Assembly: GCF_009914755.1 (NCBI RefSeq)
Contig: NC_060947.1
Origin: the human T2T-CHM13v2.0 reference genome, Homo sapiens
Length of the DNA stretch: 64,000 bases
Direction: 5' to 3' (one strand)
Under the pieces are notes generated by a model. It was given only the letters and a program-made list of their open reading frames with translations, made no database searches and had not been told where the DNA came from. Of this stretch, positions 29,983-45,520 are shown piece by piece. How positions within the stretch are numbered: the stretch's first letter is position 1; each line of letters starts with the position of its first letter. Both the position numbers and the translations under genes were made by a program.

Positions 29983-30152
29983 TAGCAGTGGTTTTCAACC
30001 TTGGTTGCACTTTGTAATCACCTGGTGAGCTTTAAAAAATTTAAATGTCTGTGTCCTACCTCCCAAGTTCTGATTTAATTGGTGGGCCTGGGCATGAGTT
30101 TTTTTTTAAGATCCTAGGTGATTTTAATGTGGAGCCAAGGCTGAAAACCATT
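29983..30152. mobile_element. MER5A-type DNA transposon
   Basis: agcagtggttttcaaccttggttgcac...aggtgattttaatgtggagccaagggctgaaaacca, with inverted termini. Confidence 0.7.
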
Positions 30153-30281
30153 TGCTTCTACAGGTGTGCCCAGCAAACTTCACAGGAAGAGAACTCAATA
30201 AGTTAAATTATTACTTGTGGAAGCAGGAGATGGTAAAAAAAATATATATTTTTTCCTGTAATTAAAAGGAAAAATCCTGCT

Positions 30282-30398
30282 AGGAGTGCACTTGTAGTCC
30301 CAGCTATTCAGGAGGCTGAAGCTGGAAGATAGCTAGAGCCCAGGAGTTCAAGTCCAGTCTGGGCAACATAGAGAGACCTGACCTCATTTTTTAAAAAG
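30282..30398 (+). mobile_element. Free Alu monomer (FAM/FLAM-like), 5'-truncated
   Basis: ttgtagtcccagctattcaggaggctgaag...gagcccaggagttcaagtccagtctgggcaacatag. TSD aaaatcctgct at 30271-30281 and 30399-30409. Confidence 0.8.
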
Positions 30399-30581
30399 AA
30401 AATCCTGCTTTGAAACGTGTATAGGCCTGACAAGTATTATGCATGCACCATCATAGTATGCCATCATGACATGGGGTATTGTTGTTAACATGTGACCTTT
30501 GTTTAATGTTTTAATTCCCTCACATCATCTATTTCCCTCCTTCATCAGCTATACTGAAACCACTCCTCTTTCCAGAAATAA

Positions 30582-31016
<435 letters not shown>

Positions 31017-32404
31017 TAGAACCAAGACTTGAGTAAGACATAACAAGCTGCATGTCAAGGGCACTGAGTTTGGACTCCCAGGTTTGAATCCCAACCCTGC
31101 CACAAAGTGATTGTTTGTCCTTGGGCAAGCCATTTAACTTCTACCAGCTTCAGTCCCCTCACTTGAATAATGAGGGGATTGAACTAAATAATATATATTC
31201 TGCTTTCTAGCTTTTACAAAAGCAGTGCTTTTATGTCTCAGAGGTTCACAGAAGTTAGGCAATTGACTCTAAGACTGATGAGTAATGGACTATAAGAAAT
31301 TACATATTCTATTTTAAATGTTAGTTGTCTATTGAGATGTATTACAATTGTATCAAGTATTTGTGTACATGGTGATAATTTCATTTTCAGGACAGCTGAT
31401 AATTGTTTTAATTTCTTGGGTAGACGTATTCCCTCAGCTCCTCATAGGCAAAATCTTATTGAGGAAACAGTAAATTGTTCATTAGCAAAAGTTAATAAAG
31501 CTATGTAAAGTCTGTCAAGAGGAAAGATGAAAGGAGATTGAAGCAGGAAATGATAGAAGGATAATATGAGGGACAAACCACTTTCACATAAACCATCAAG
31601 ATCTTTATTCTGTGGTAACTGGACTATTAAGGAAGAATACTAGTAGAGTTTTTAAGAACTAAAATGTTTTTTCAGTTACCCCAACAAGAAAAATATGCTA
31701 ATTTAGATTAGAAAATGGACACATTCTATAATATTACTACTGCCTGCTACTGTAACCACAGTAACTAGTTGTAGCAATGATCCAGAAGCCACTTGGGTAG
31801 TAGGTGGAGTAGTTAGTCACTCTCTCCAACCAATAATCAAGTTATTGGATGACAGATATAATTGCTGATTTTTCCTCAAAGGCCCAGAGTAAACAGATGG
31901 TGGTTCTAAACCTCCTTTTTAAATAATCAATAAGAAATACATTTCTACATGTATTATCATGAGATTTGTCCAATTACTTCACAGTAAACCAGGAAGAGTA
32001 CATTTCTTGACATTACAGCAATTAACTACAAACAGTTTTCACTCCCTGAAAGAGAATGTATTAGTCCTGGGACCCTTTCAAGAATTCTCATTGATTCAAG
32101 ATATCCATATCTCACCTATACCACCTGTTTACTGACCAGATCATAATCCCCAACTGGGAGGAGGGGTCCAATGTTGGTCCAATGAAGACCCTCTGGAACT
32201 AATCTGGCCTTGACCCTCACTACTATGGCAGTCCCAGAAGCTTATTTAGAAACAATTTTCTGCCCCCATGAAATCACTCACATTTATCGGGGCTAGAAGC
32301 CAGGGATTTCCATCTGATGAGTAGTCAACACATAACCAGCTCCATGGAAATCTGGTTTGATATCAACCTTCAACAGAGCTTATGATAACCATCCCAATAG
32401 GCAT

Positions 32405-32500
32405 GAAGTTTCTATATGAAGTAATTAACCACTTAGGATATCAAGACACCAGAAGCTTCTATATGAAGTAATTAACCACTTAGGATATCAAGACACCAGA
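32405..32500. repeat. 47-bp tandem duplication (2 copies, 1 mismatch)
   Basis: gaag(t/c)ttctatatgaagtaattaaccacttaggatatcaagacacca at 32405 and 32452. Confidence 0.95.
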
Positions 32501-33411
32501 CTTGAACCCTCAGATAAGAGATACTTGTTCCACTGGAAAGCATTTTTCTTTCAAAAACAATTAGAGGTTAGAAAGTTGTGCTTTAAATGGTAATCAATAA
32601 ACGGCATCAATTCCCATTAGGCTTTCAAAGGCCATTCATCCATATTGCAGGCAAAAGGAGGCTCTCTGGAAAGATGAAGAGATTTATTAGCCCAGAGGCA
32701 GAAAGTGTGACCAAATATTCATTGCCCTCATGCCCAGACCCCATCTCCCACTTATTCTGTGTCTTTCTCAAAAACTAGGAAAGCATCTACTAAATCATTC
32801 AATCATGATTTCATTAAAGGGCATCATATTACCAGAGCTGATTTGAATCAACATTTAATTCTGAGCAAAGCTATTGCCACATTCTGATTGGTTTGTGGTT
32901 TCTAATGCTCATCAATTCCTAGCCAATGAGTAATTCATATGGAAATTGAGCTGTTTTGAAAATCTGATTACACAGGGAGCTGGATATTTCTAAGTATAAG
33001 GAAGTACAAATCATTTTCTAGTTCTGGCATGCCACTTTTTCTGTTTCCCCAAATGGTCACTGGTGGCATCATTAAGGACTTGGTGGGGTGGTTCTTCAGG
33101 GCAGCACACGAATGTTGATTATCTAAAAGTGGAACTATAAAAGCAGCATAGAAAAACCAACTCCTTTAACCTGCTTATACTGAAAATGTTATCTAGACCC
33201 AACAAAGACTATCTTTGATATTCGTGCAATACAGGGTTGTGGGGCCGGCAGCCAATTGGTCTCCAAGCCATTTAAATCCAATGGGGCAAAGAAGGCAGCC
33301 AGCAAGAGCACATCATCCTTTATTTAGGGACTTGACTGCCACAGTCATGTCACTTCCCCTTCATTCTTCAGTGATGTCAAGTCATAAAGGCAATTTTAAA
33401 AACTAACTCCT

Positions 33412-33724
33412 GGCCAGGTGTAGTGGCTCACACCTGTAGTCCCAGCACTTTGGGAGGCCGAGGCAGGCAGATCACAAGCTCAGGAGATTGAGACCAGCCT
33501 GGTCAACACGGTAAAACCCTGTCTCTACTAAAAATACAAAAATTAGCTGAGTGTGGTGGTGCATGCCTGTAATTCCAGCTACTCGGGAGGCTGAGGCAGG
33601 AGAATCGCTTGAACCAGGGATTCAGAGGTTGCAGTGAGCTGAGATCTTGCCACAACACTACAGCCTGGCAATAGAGTGAGACTCTGTCTCAAAAACAAAA
33701 ACAAAACAAAACAAAACAAAAAAC
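33412..33724 (+). mobile_element. Full-length Alu (AluSc/Sg-like) with a (CAAAA)n tail
   Basis: ggccaggtgtagtggctcacacctgt...gagactctgtctc then aaaaacaaaaacaaaacaaaac. Confidence 0.95.
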
Positions 33725-33731
33725 AGTAACT

Positions 33732-33773
<42 letters not shown>
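33732..33773. repeat. (CA)n microsatellite, about 18 uninterrupted units
   Basis: Read directly. Confidence 0.95.
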
Positions 33774-33774
<1 letters not shown>

Positions 33775-36700
33775 TGGGGATCTCTGATAGCATGCCTTAT
33801 GAACTTCAGAGGATGAAACAAGATCACATGCAACATTTACAAACATAATATGAACTCATTTCTTCCCGTGCTCACTCTATACTAATACTACAGGGACCAA
33901 ATTGTAATAACATAAGACAGCCTAGGGCCAGCCCTCTAGTCCTTCCACTAAGAGATAGGAATAAATAAAATAAAATTCTTTTCTAATTGCCCTGCAGACA
34001 TTTTTACTTGTCCTGAGTAAAGCTGCCATTAAAATGATGGTATTTTTAAATGATTCATTTGTTTCTCTCATTTTCTGAGCTTTCCCTAGCTGTCATCTTA
34101 CAATCCCATGATCAGTGGAACAGAGGGACCTGTTCCGTCAGGAAAGGCAGGGAGCAGAATGCATGCTGCTAGAAGAGACACCTGGAATATTACTATCAAC
34201 TCTCTTGATTTGAAAACTGATTTCCTTAGACAGCAGCTCCAAAACTATATATCCCAACCAGACGTAGAAGCACATATGCCAAAAAAACAAGTGGACGGCT
34301 TTATTGTTGTTGCCCAGAGAAATGCTACAATGATTTGGAAAGCTGCACTGAAATGACCATTCTCCACTAGGTTTTGGAAATTTAACCTGATACAGATTCA
34401 TGTTAAAAGGTGGCACTGGAAGAAAAAGTAATTCCAAAGTTCTCTCTGCCTGCAGACCTTTAAAAGTATTAGAAAATAACCAGGATGCTGGATTTCTTTT
34501 TTTGTGAAAATTGATATTAATATTTTATTAAGATGCATTCAAATAATTATTTATACATTTATATGCATAAACACCCAAAACATTTTATACATGGAATCAT
34601 ATAACATAGTATTCTCTTGCCATTATTTGTTTGTTTTTTAAAACTCAAATAAGTATAGATTTACTTTTTTTTTTACTTCATAGTATTTAACTTTACTTCA
34701 ACTCTATTATTTCCTTTATCAATTTCCTCTTGATAAATGTTTAACCTTTTGAAAATATTTTGGTGTTAACAGTGGTTCAATAAACATTATTTTCCATTGA
34801 TGTAATAGAATTATTTTAAAATGTTTTTAAATATTTGCCCTTCAGTTAGATCCCTTAAAGCACTTAGCCTGTGATGTGACATAAGCCATGTAATGCCCAG
34901 CTGCAGACAAAGCTGGCTTCACAAAGTTACAGAATGTAGTAGGCACCTGGCTAAGGAAAACTCTACCCCACAAAATATTTAGCCCCCAGTAGGCACTTTA
35001 ACAGGAATCACATTTTTTCCCCTTTTTACATTAAATGTCTGATGGTGGAAGAAGGGGACATGTTTGTTCTAAAGTTAATCCTAATGGAAAAGTTAATGGT
35101 CCAATATTTTATTTATACCATAATGGACAATTTTTCTCTTTCTCATTTGCTGAACTTTATGCAAGGCTCTTGTGTTTATTTGGGCACAACTCCAGAGGCC
35201 TTCATTCTTATTCTCACCTGACTGGATGGCCCAGCCAGGTCATGTATAACCTGTGATATGCCTGTGCATATACCTGTGTGCGTAGGCTGCTGAGGCCCTG
35301 GTATTTGGTTTAGTTTGTTGCTTACTTTGCCGTTGCTTGGTTTCCTGATTCTCTAAAAGAATATAAGGCAGAAAAATCCCAGAGAGATGTTTCAGAGTTT
35401 CAGAACAGTACCGTTGAAGATACTAGTCACACTGAAGTTTACAAAAGTTACATATAAGAGAACAAAGACTTCTTTCATCATTTAGACAGAGTTGGTTTGA
35501 CAAAGGTTTTCAGCAAATCACATCACCAAATAAGAAACTAAACTTGCTGACTTAGCCTATTGCACTAACCACTAAACTCAGCTTCCTCCCTTAGCTACAC
35601 AGGGAAGAAACACAGGGGGGAAAAATGCCACCCTTTTTGAAACAAGCAAACTTTTGGAAAATGGCCAGGTCTGGAGGCTGACTTGTATAGTGCATCATTT
35701 TATGAGATGTATACCACACCCAGAAACCTTGCAGAAATCATCATGACAGAGATGAGATAATCTCAAAACTTTCTGATTTTATGTGGCGATCATTTGCCAT
35801 GCTGGTAGAAGGTTTTATGAGAACTTAAATGCTCTCTTCTGGAAATAGGCAGTAATTCTAGAATCCCAGAAAATTTAAATCCATGTCAATTTGATATGTT
35901 TGGACAGTTGACAGGGAAATAGTACTGTTTTAATTCCATGTATATAGGGCATAAAGACACATATTAAAATAAGAAATAAGGACCAGATCAGAATGAAGCA
36001 CCATAATGTTAATGAAAGCAATAAGTTCAAGGGATAATTTTATAAAACTGTCATTAGAGTATTTGCCAAAGAGAGAGTTGCATTATCTCTATCATATCTC
36101 TCATTTCACTATACCAGAGCCTGCATAACTGCAGTGATTATTTTAGGACTTAAGACAAATACTTTATTTATTCTAAGAACACATTGATATACAACTTATA
36201 TATCACATATAAGAAGTCAATTGTCTCTTTTTGTATTAGTTTTGATCAGTTAGCTGATGAAGTCTTTGAGTCTTACCCCAATGCCGGATGCCAGATTTCT
36301 TTTCCAGATACTTGGCCATATCCCCATTACAGAAAGTTTGGGGGATAAAAGGAATTCTTTTTTAAAAATGAAATGTTTAACATTAATTTAAACCTCTTTA
36401 AGAAAGTAAATATAAAAGAAGAGGAGTAGAGAGAGTGGTGACTTGCTCCAGTGCCCTAGGCAAGGCAGAAGAATTGAACTTTATTAGGAGACCACTAAGG
36501 GGACTGTCCTGCCTCGTGAGTTACAGGTATTGTAAGCCCTGTGAAGCACAGCTGAATTACTCATGAAGAATGTTTTGTCTCAACACAAGACTCTGATTAT
36601 TGTCTTGGTCATTATAGTTTTTCATTTTTTTTAAGCACAGGCAGCGAAAGGAGGGGTTCTGCCATGCTGATTTGAAAAGGAGTCCCTGCTAATAGCATTT

Positions 36701-38753
36701 CGATTCTGCTTACACATTCACAACCACACACATACACAAAGCATTTTCAACTGGGTCTACATTTCTTCAATATTTATTGGCTATCTATAACAGGGCTTTT
36801 GAAGTATATGCAGGAAGGGAGAAAAATCTTTCCACAAGCGCACCTATGCAGGGTATGCTGACATTTTGACATAATCCAGAAAATCAACCATTAATCTTTA
36901 AGCTTTATTATAATTGAGCTATGTACACAACAGACCTCCCTGACACCTTAATCCATCCCCTTGCCTTAGGAAACACATCAAAATGTAAAAATCTTTTGTT
37001 AAAAATTTTTCTCACCAAACACCATGGTGAATTTAAGATCTTAACAGACAATATACCTGGAAAGCTGCAGCCAAATTTTATTTGTTTGAAGACACATATA
37101 ATGTGACCAAATGTTTGAGGATACATCCAAACCATGCACTAGGGGAACACATAACAGCAACAGCAACAGATGAGTTGACACTAAGGGTAGTAGGTCAGGG
37201 ACATCTGCTGTACATACTACTTGGCAGTTTAAAAAAAAGAAAACTGTCTTTCAATTTTGACATGGCTGTTTTGATGCTGTCTTATTTTTTTTTAAGTCTT
37301 ACTTTCCTATGTTATATAATACACAGCAAGAGCCATAGACCTTATAGGTCAAGACTGGAGACAGAGCAACAGCCACAGGTGAGGATGCTGAGGCCTGGCC
37401 AAAAAGGCCTCTGGAAAAGGGAAAGATGCAGTAAGACCATCGTTGGCTTTTCCCATCCTTCAGCAGCTAGGAATCTGTGGCTCCATAGCTCTTCCTTTCA
37501 GGCAAGTCTCAGGCTGGCTGGAAAGGACAATCTCCAAGAAAGTAGAGGTTGACCTGACAACTATGCACGCAACTGAAAACACATCTAATATCTGCCTCCA
37601 AGAGAAAGGAAAGCATTTAGCAATAAAGACAAGCTAATAATATGCCTGATATTCCATTATTTATTCAGCAGTCTTTCAGTAACTTTTGAGCCAAGCTTCA
37701 TGCTAAGCACTGACGATCATACATCTTATAAACAAAATTAAATTCCTATCTTTTGCCAAATTACCTGAAAATACCTAGACAGGCTTTTTCACCATATTTG
37801 GAGACAGATTAACTTAAAATATAGGTATCTCACATAACTAGATGACTTTCCCTCCAGGGAAGCTGGTGGTGTTTATTTCTATGGAGCTACTTCCCAGCAT
37901 GGGCCAATCTCTGGGTATGCTCCATGGTGACTTAGCAGCAGGGTTAATGATTCCCTGTAACCTCAGTAGGAAGATCAGCTAGTTTATGAATGAAACAGAA
38001 ATGGCCTCTACCCTCTTGGAGCTCACAATCTAGTGGACCATTAATTTTCAACACACATTCACATACATTACTACACAATCCACACAACAATCCTGGGGCA
38101 GCCAGAACAAGTATCATTACACCTGTTTCATAGAGGAGACAAATGAGGTACATGACATTGTGATTTGCTGAATGTCACTCAGCTCAATGGAGAAAAGCTG
38201 GCACTAGGATCCTGATGCTCTGAGTCTCTAATGCAGCACATGTTAAGGCATCTGTATCATCTCCCGGTTGATCTATGTTTTTATTCCCCTTGATAGATCA
38301 ATTAGAAAAGGAAATCTATGCCTACTTTTAAAAGACACTTCCCATGCTCTGACAACTTCAAAGGGTTCCAAGATAAGAAGGCAAAGAAAGGCATCTATAA
38401 AGCTAGAGTGAATGCCATAAATGGAGCAAACCTCTATTATTACATGGCTTGTTATAGTTTCTGACGTGCTAAGGGTTATGTCATGTGTGTAGATGAAACT
38501 AGAAAGAACAAGAGAAAGATGAATTGTTTCTAGTTCCACATCCACTGATGACTTTCTTATTTTTCTTTGGGTAAAGAATATTTGGTCTCAGTTTCTTCAT
38601 TTATCAGGGAGAATATTCCTTGCTCTACTGTCCTTATGGGGTTGGTGAGAGGCTAATATCACAAAAGCTCTTTAAAAGTATGAAGGTGTCTACAAGTCCC
38701 AAGAAACATTAGGAAAAGGGCCCAGCAATAGAGCAATTAAAACCTAAAGACTC

Positions 38754-38912
38754 AGGGGGAGGGAGAGCATCAGGATAAATAGCTAATGTATGCAGGGTAT
38801 AATACTTAGGTGATGGGTTGATAGGTGCAGCAAACCACCATGGCACAAGTTTACCTATGTTATAAACCTGCACGTCCTGCACATGTATCCTGGAACTTAA
38901 ATAAAATAAAAT
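38754..38912 (+). mobile_element. Severely 5'-truncated L1PA 3' end (about 160 bp)
   Basis: gggagagcatcaggataaatagctaat...ggtgcagcaaaccaccatggcac...ggaacttaaataaaataaaat. Perfect 14-bp TSD aaacctaaagactc (38740-38753, 38913-38926) at a TT/AAAA endonuclease site. Confidence 0.92.
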
Positions 38913-39884
38913 AAACCTAAAGACTCTCCAGACACAGTTCTGTAGAGATGTGAGGGGTACTTCACAAAAATAAAATAAGATAATCTCTCTGCTTTCTTGA
39001 TGGAAGAGATGTGGGTTTGTTTTTTGTTTTTGTTTGTTTGTTTGTTTGTTTTTCTGGCTTTGGGAAGAGAAAGAAAGCTCATTCAATATTTTCCCCATCC
39101 TCTTGATCCCACTTCTACCCTTAAATATAAAATATTACTATTGTGCTCATCTCCTAGTTGATCCATCTTTAGCTATTCCTTTGTGGCCTGCAGATTCAAC
39201 AACTTCAATATGCACAATTTAGAGCTGCCCTTGAAGACCATCTAGAAACTTTAGGTGCTTCCAAGGTGGCCTGCCGGCCATCTGCCCAAAGTAACCAACC
39301 ATATGGATTTTATTAAACTATCTCCATTAGTCCTCCAAGGTAACCTACTTGTTTATGAGAGCGTTTCACAGCCCAGAAAGCCTAAGGGGGTTAAGTCTCC
39401 ATTCTTTCTGAGGCTGCCAACTCTCACAGACAGCATCAGGGTAATTAACATCACACAGGACCCCCAGATCTTTGTGAGAACTCTGAAACTCTGTTTCCTA
39501 GAAGAACTCATCTAAGGATCTCACTTTCTTTTCTTATCTGACACAGTCAAATCATCTAATAGCCTTCCAGTTAAAGGAATGAGGCCCATCTCTTCAATTA
39601 GACTTTACTTGAGTTCACCTGGCAAGCCTGTGTAGGTTAATTATTTACAGTCCTCCTTCATGCAGAAGCCTAAAAACTTGACCGTAAGGATCAAGTAAAA
39701 TTCGACTTACGAAAACTCAACTAACAAGGACAATTAACTGGAATGCTTGGTTGCACTCCACTTTTGAAAGGAAAAGGCAACTTAGACACACAAAACCTTG
39801 ATAAGAATTTTTTCCCCAAAAGCCTACTAGATGATGTCCTGCAGTCAGATTCATTCTAGTCTTCAACATCATTCACACTTTGGT

Positions 39885-40470
39885 CAGAGAGTAAATGTAT
39901 TGAATGTTTATCATAGCAATTTAGGCACCAGGTATACAGTACAGGAAACATTGACAGAACCCTTACCTTCAAGGAGCTTGCATTCTGTTGGAAGGAGACA
40001 AACCATAAACACATAAAAAATAGATGTATAGAATAATTCCAGGTACGGATAGGTGCTCCAGGATGCTATAATAAAGAATGACTTAGGGTTAGAAAAATAT
40101 TTTAAACTGGGAGCTTGGGTTGGATGGAGGGTTTAGGGAAAGACTCATTAAGGAGGTAACATTTTATTAGAGACTTAAATGATAAGAAGAGGCAGCTATG
40201 TGAAAATCTGATGGAAAAGTATTCCAAACAGAAGTCATGCGAAGTACAAAGGTCCTGGGGCAGAAACAATCCTGGAATGTTTAAAGGAAGGAAGAAAACC
40301 ACTGTGGCTGAAGAATAGTAGCCTACATTAGAATTATAGTGATGGAGACTGTGTGAAGGAATCAGATTTATGATTCATTTTCGAGGTAGAGTCACAGAAT
40401 TTGCTGATGGATTGGATAACATTTATGAGCAAAAGGAAAGAGCCAAGGATGACTCTCAGATTTTGGGCCT
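39885..40470 (-). mobile_element. L2 fragment
   Basis: Antisense L2 motifs (ccttcaaggagcttgcattct; gaatttgctgatggattgga...agccaaggatgactctcagattttgggcct). Confidence 0.65.
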
Positions 40471-40604
40471 ACATCCCTTTTCAGTAATCACTTATGAAAT
40501 CTATAGTCACAAGGGCTGAAAAGGTATACTAGGACTGGTTAAGAAATTTTCCAAAGCGTTGGAGAACGTTAGCTGTCTGAAGGGAAGATTGCCGTTGTTA
40601 TAAC

Positions 40605-41519
<915 letters not shown>

Positions 41520-42510
41520 ATCTGCTATAACTTTCTAAAAGTCTATTTTGAAATAAAATAGATGAGGGCATCTTCTGTTCTGTTTTCTTCTCATTCCTGT
41601 TTAAACAATCTCAGTCTTGAGGCAATAGATGTTTCTGCTTCAGTAGGAAGAGGGATGCTGGATAACTGGTGTTGGGGGCAGATCTGTAGTTAATATCACA
41701 AAGTTTCATCTTGATATCATGAATGAAGTTGAGGAGGAGGTATATGTATGTATGCATGTGTCAAAAAAGATCTAAAGCCTTGTCTACACCACACATTTAT
41801 ACAAAGCCTTGGACATTTTAGTTAGTGGCCCCGACTTTTAGCAAAAACTTAGGGGAGCATGCTTCCCTTTTCTGTGTTTGGGTTGCAACTCTGGTGCCTC
41901 AGCAGGATTGCACTAGCATGCAGGCAAAGGATGATAAAAATGGAACTCATTGTCCTCCCTCTGTTTTAAATGGTTTAGAATGTTACCTGTTGGAAGAGAG
42001 GGGCTTGGATAGAGATAATCTATTGCATTTCTCTCCAGTCCTGATTGCATGAATCTATCTATAAGCTGCCCTCAAAACTGATCTTCTATCTGTATACTCT
42101 GTGGTGACCTAATGAAGATGTCCCTGAACGTGGTTAACTTCTATGCCTAGAGAAATCTGAATTCCAGAACTGAGTCTTAATTCCCAGTTTTATCAAAATT
42201 CTTATGTGTTTATAGCCTGATTTATTTGACTCTCAACTTTACTTCCTTTGAGTCTGGTCTGGGTTACAGACTATTATTTTTATGAGAAATATTTTATTTT
42301 GTTTTTTTTTTTAATTAAGGTATGTTACAAATAAAACTTACATATCCTGTCATTCTTGGCAATATGAATTCACCTTGAGGGCATTATGCTAAGAGAAATA
42401 AGTCAGGTATTGAATGAATTATCTAATACCTAAATCCAATAAGCAAAAATAGTCTGTTAGTTATCTCTCTGTTAGGGGTATGCTTGTTACACTCAACTCA
42501 TATTCTTGTT

Positions 42511-43652
42511 CTTTTTTTTTTATTTATTTTCATTTTAGGTTTGTGAAGGTTTGTTATATAGGTAAATTTGTGTCAAAGGGGTTTGTTGTATAGATTATTT
42601 CATCACCCAGGTATTAAGTCCAGTACCCAATAGTTATCTTTTCTCCTCTCCTCTCCCTCTTCCAACCTTTCATCCTCAAGTAGACCCCAATGCCTGTTGT
42701 TCCCTTCTATGTGTTCATGTGTGCTGATCATTTAGCTGCCACTTATAAGTGGGAACACATGGTATGTGGTTTTCTGTTCCTGCATCAGTTTGCTAAGGAT
42801 AATAGCCTCCAGCTCCATCCATGTTCCCACAAAAGACATGATCTCGTTCTTTTTTATGGCTGCATAGTATTCCATCGTGTATCTGTACCACATTTTCTTT
42901 ATCCAATTGGTCATTGACGGGCATTTAAGTTGATTCCATGCCTTTGCTATTGTGAATAGTGCTGCAGTAAACATTCATGTTCATGTGTCTTTATGGTAGA
43001 ATGATTTATATTCCTCTGGGTATACACCCAGTAATGGGATTGTGGAGTCAAATGGTAGTTTTGCTTTTAGCTCTTTGAGGAATTGCTACACTGCTTTCCA
43101 CAATGGTTGAACTAATTTACACTCCCAACAACAGTGTATAAGTGTTCCCGTTTCTCTGCAACCTCACCAGCATCTACTATTTTTTGACTTTTTAATAACA
43201 GTCATTCTGACTGGTGTGAGATGGTATCTCATTGTGGTTTTGATTTGCATTTCTCTAATTATCAGTGATGTTGAGCTTTCTTTCATATGCTTGTTGGCCG
43301 CATATATGTCTTCTTTCGAAAAGTGTCTTTTCATGGCCTTTGCCCACTTTTTAATAGGGTTATTTTTCTCTTATAAATTTGTTTAACTGCCTTATAGATG
43401 CTGGGTTAATACCTTTGCCAGATGAATACTTTAGAAATATTTTCTTCCATTCTGTAGGTTGTCTGTTTGTTGACAGTTTCTTTTGCTGTGCAGAAACTCT
43501 TTAAGTTTAATTAGATCCCATTTGTCAATTTTTGCTTTTGTTGTGATTGCTTCTGGTGTGTTTGTCACAAAATCTTTGCCTGTTCCTATGTCCAGGATGG
43601 TATTGCCTAGGTTGTCTATCAGGGTTTTTATAGTTTTGGGTTTCACATTTAA
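42511..43652 (-). mobile_element. 5'-truncated older L1PA (L1PA13-like), about 1.1 kb
   Basis: Poly(T) then the L1 3'UTR antisense. Minus-strand ORF fragments ([23 protein letters not shown]; ALFTIAKAWNQLKCPSMTNWIKKMW) are L1 ORF2. Confidence 0.92.
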
Positions 43653-44540
43653 CAGACTATTTCTTGTATCAGTCAGTAACATTGATTTTCCAACCCACTG
43701 GGTAAAGAAGTCTGTCCTGGACACTCTGGGAATAAAGGAAATGCCATTCATACTGAGCCCAGTATGCAGAAAATAAAGAAGACAGGTGATTTCATCAGGA
43801 ACAGTTTCTAAAAAAGAGGGCAATTTAAAATTATTTGGAGGGAGAAAAGAATTCAAAAATAGTTCAAGGGGGATGTGAGAATATTTTTGTGGCCAAGAAA
43901 GAAAAACAATGAACAATAAGACCATGGCTTTATATCACATTAAACCATGGCCACTATTGACTAAGGTAGTTAGTTTTCTCTAGTGTTCACATTAAGATTT
44001 GTTTGTGAGAAATAGCATATGTATATAAATTTGGGGGAGAAGGATTTAGGAGAGATAAAAACAATTAGTTTCTGAGAAAGAAATTATTGCTTTGGAACAA
44101 CTGTATCATAGTAGAAATCAATATATAGACTGCCAAGGGTAAACTGGGAATCATTCCTAGAGATCAAGGTGCTCTGGACATGGTCTTATTTCTAATTTTA
44201 AAACTTACATTTTGCATGTGAAGGTGAGGTTCATTAAAAATGTGCTCTCCAAAGAATACTTTGCTTTCCTTTAAATGAGCTTCGGGAATCAATGTTGAAA
44301 AGCAAAATCCATCTACACTTTTGGCATACAATATCAAATGAAAGAGGATTTTATAGCAAATCTTTCATATTTAAAAGCAACCTCATTACATTAGACATTG
44401 TTTCAAATAAAATAAACAGCCCCTTTCCTGAACATGCTAGTATGAATAAGATAATCATAAAAAGAGTCAAATTAAAGCCCCTTTGCCAAGAAGTTTGAAG
44501 TTTGATTTCCAAATGTTTGTATTCGCCACCTTCCTCTGAA

Positions 44541-44562
44541 CACACACACACACACACACACA
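44541..44562. repeat. (CA)11 microsatellite
   Basis: Read directly. Confidence 0.9.
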
Positions 44563-45009
44563 ATTAAGTACTTATGATTAGCATATTATTGAAGTTTATT
44601 ATATATGAAAGTCAGAGAGAATAAACTGCCCCACCAGCCAGATTCTTAAAAACACTTTTGCTCCATTTTCTTGGCCTGGGATTTCAGCCAACTGTACAAA
44701 CAGGAAGGTTGGGAACACCATGGTCAATAACCAAGGAAAAATATAAATAAATTCAAGGAGACTTGGATAAATTCATACAATACGGATACGTGGAAAGTTG
44801 TTAAAGTTAAGGGACAGGTACTTGAAGGACACTTTCACGAAGGACACTTTCACTTTTAGAGTTGACATCCAGAAGACAACCATGGCTTCCCATAGTCCAT
44901 AGTCCTGTCTTAAAACATTCTTATCTGGAACTGCCCAAAGAGCAGACCTATAGGGACTAGCCTATAATTTTTTACAAGATTGTTTACAAACACAGTTGTT
45001 TCTCAGTTC

Positions 45010-45335
45010 GCAAGAATTGAGACTATTTAGCCTGAAGAAGATATGTAGCAGCAGAATATATTAGAATTGTCTTCAAAAATTTGAAGGGTAGACATTTTAA
45101 AGATCGACTGGACTGTTCCGTGGGGCCCCAAGGGACAGAACAAAGATCAAAGAGTGGATATTACAGGGATAGAGATTTTAGATCAATGTAAGAAGAACAT
45201 TCTAATATAGCAATCCATAGATAAAATGAGCTATATTCATAGATAGTGAGGTGTTCATCATTGAAGGGACTCAAGAATAGGCCACTTATCAGAGATGTTG
45301 AATAGAGGACTCAGTAATCTGATGAATGACTGTAC
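45010..45335 (+). mobile_element. CR1/L3 LINE 3' fragment
   Basis: tttagcctgaagaag; agggacagaacaaagatcaaagagtgga...agattttagatcaatgtaagaagaacattctaata. Confidence 0.55.
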
Positions 45336-45339
45336 TCGA

Positions 45340-45520
45340 CCAGTGTTTTCCAACACTGTGTATATAAAATCATTTGGGGCACTATTTTAAAACATAGACT
45401 ACTGGGTCTCATGCCCCACCTCAAGATGCTAATTCCATGCATCTGTGTTTTTCCAATAATCTGTGTTTTTGAAGCAGCATCCTAAATGATTACAACACAG
45501 GTAACCAAGAGCCACTCTTT
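45340..45520. mobile_element. MER5-type DNA transposon fossil
   Basis: ccagtgttttccaacactg...aatcatttggggcactattttaaaacatagactactggg...aagagccact. Confidence 0.5.

Noticed and set aside
32405-32500. Direct repeats as CRISPR-like
   Set aside because: This is mammalian DNA with only two abutting copies and no spacers.
37082-37552. 156-aa plus-strand ORF
   Set aside because: Non-ATG start, no recognisable domain and no supporting splice structure. An ORF this long is expected by chance.
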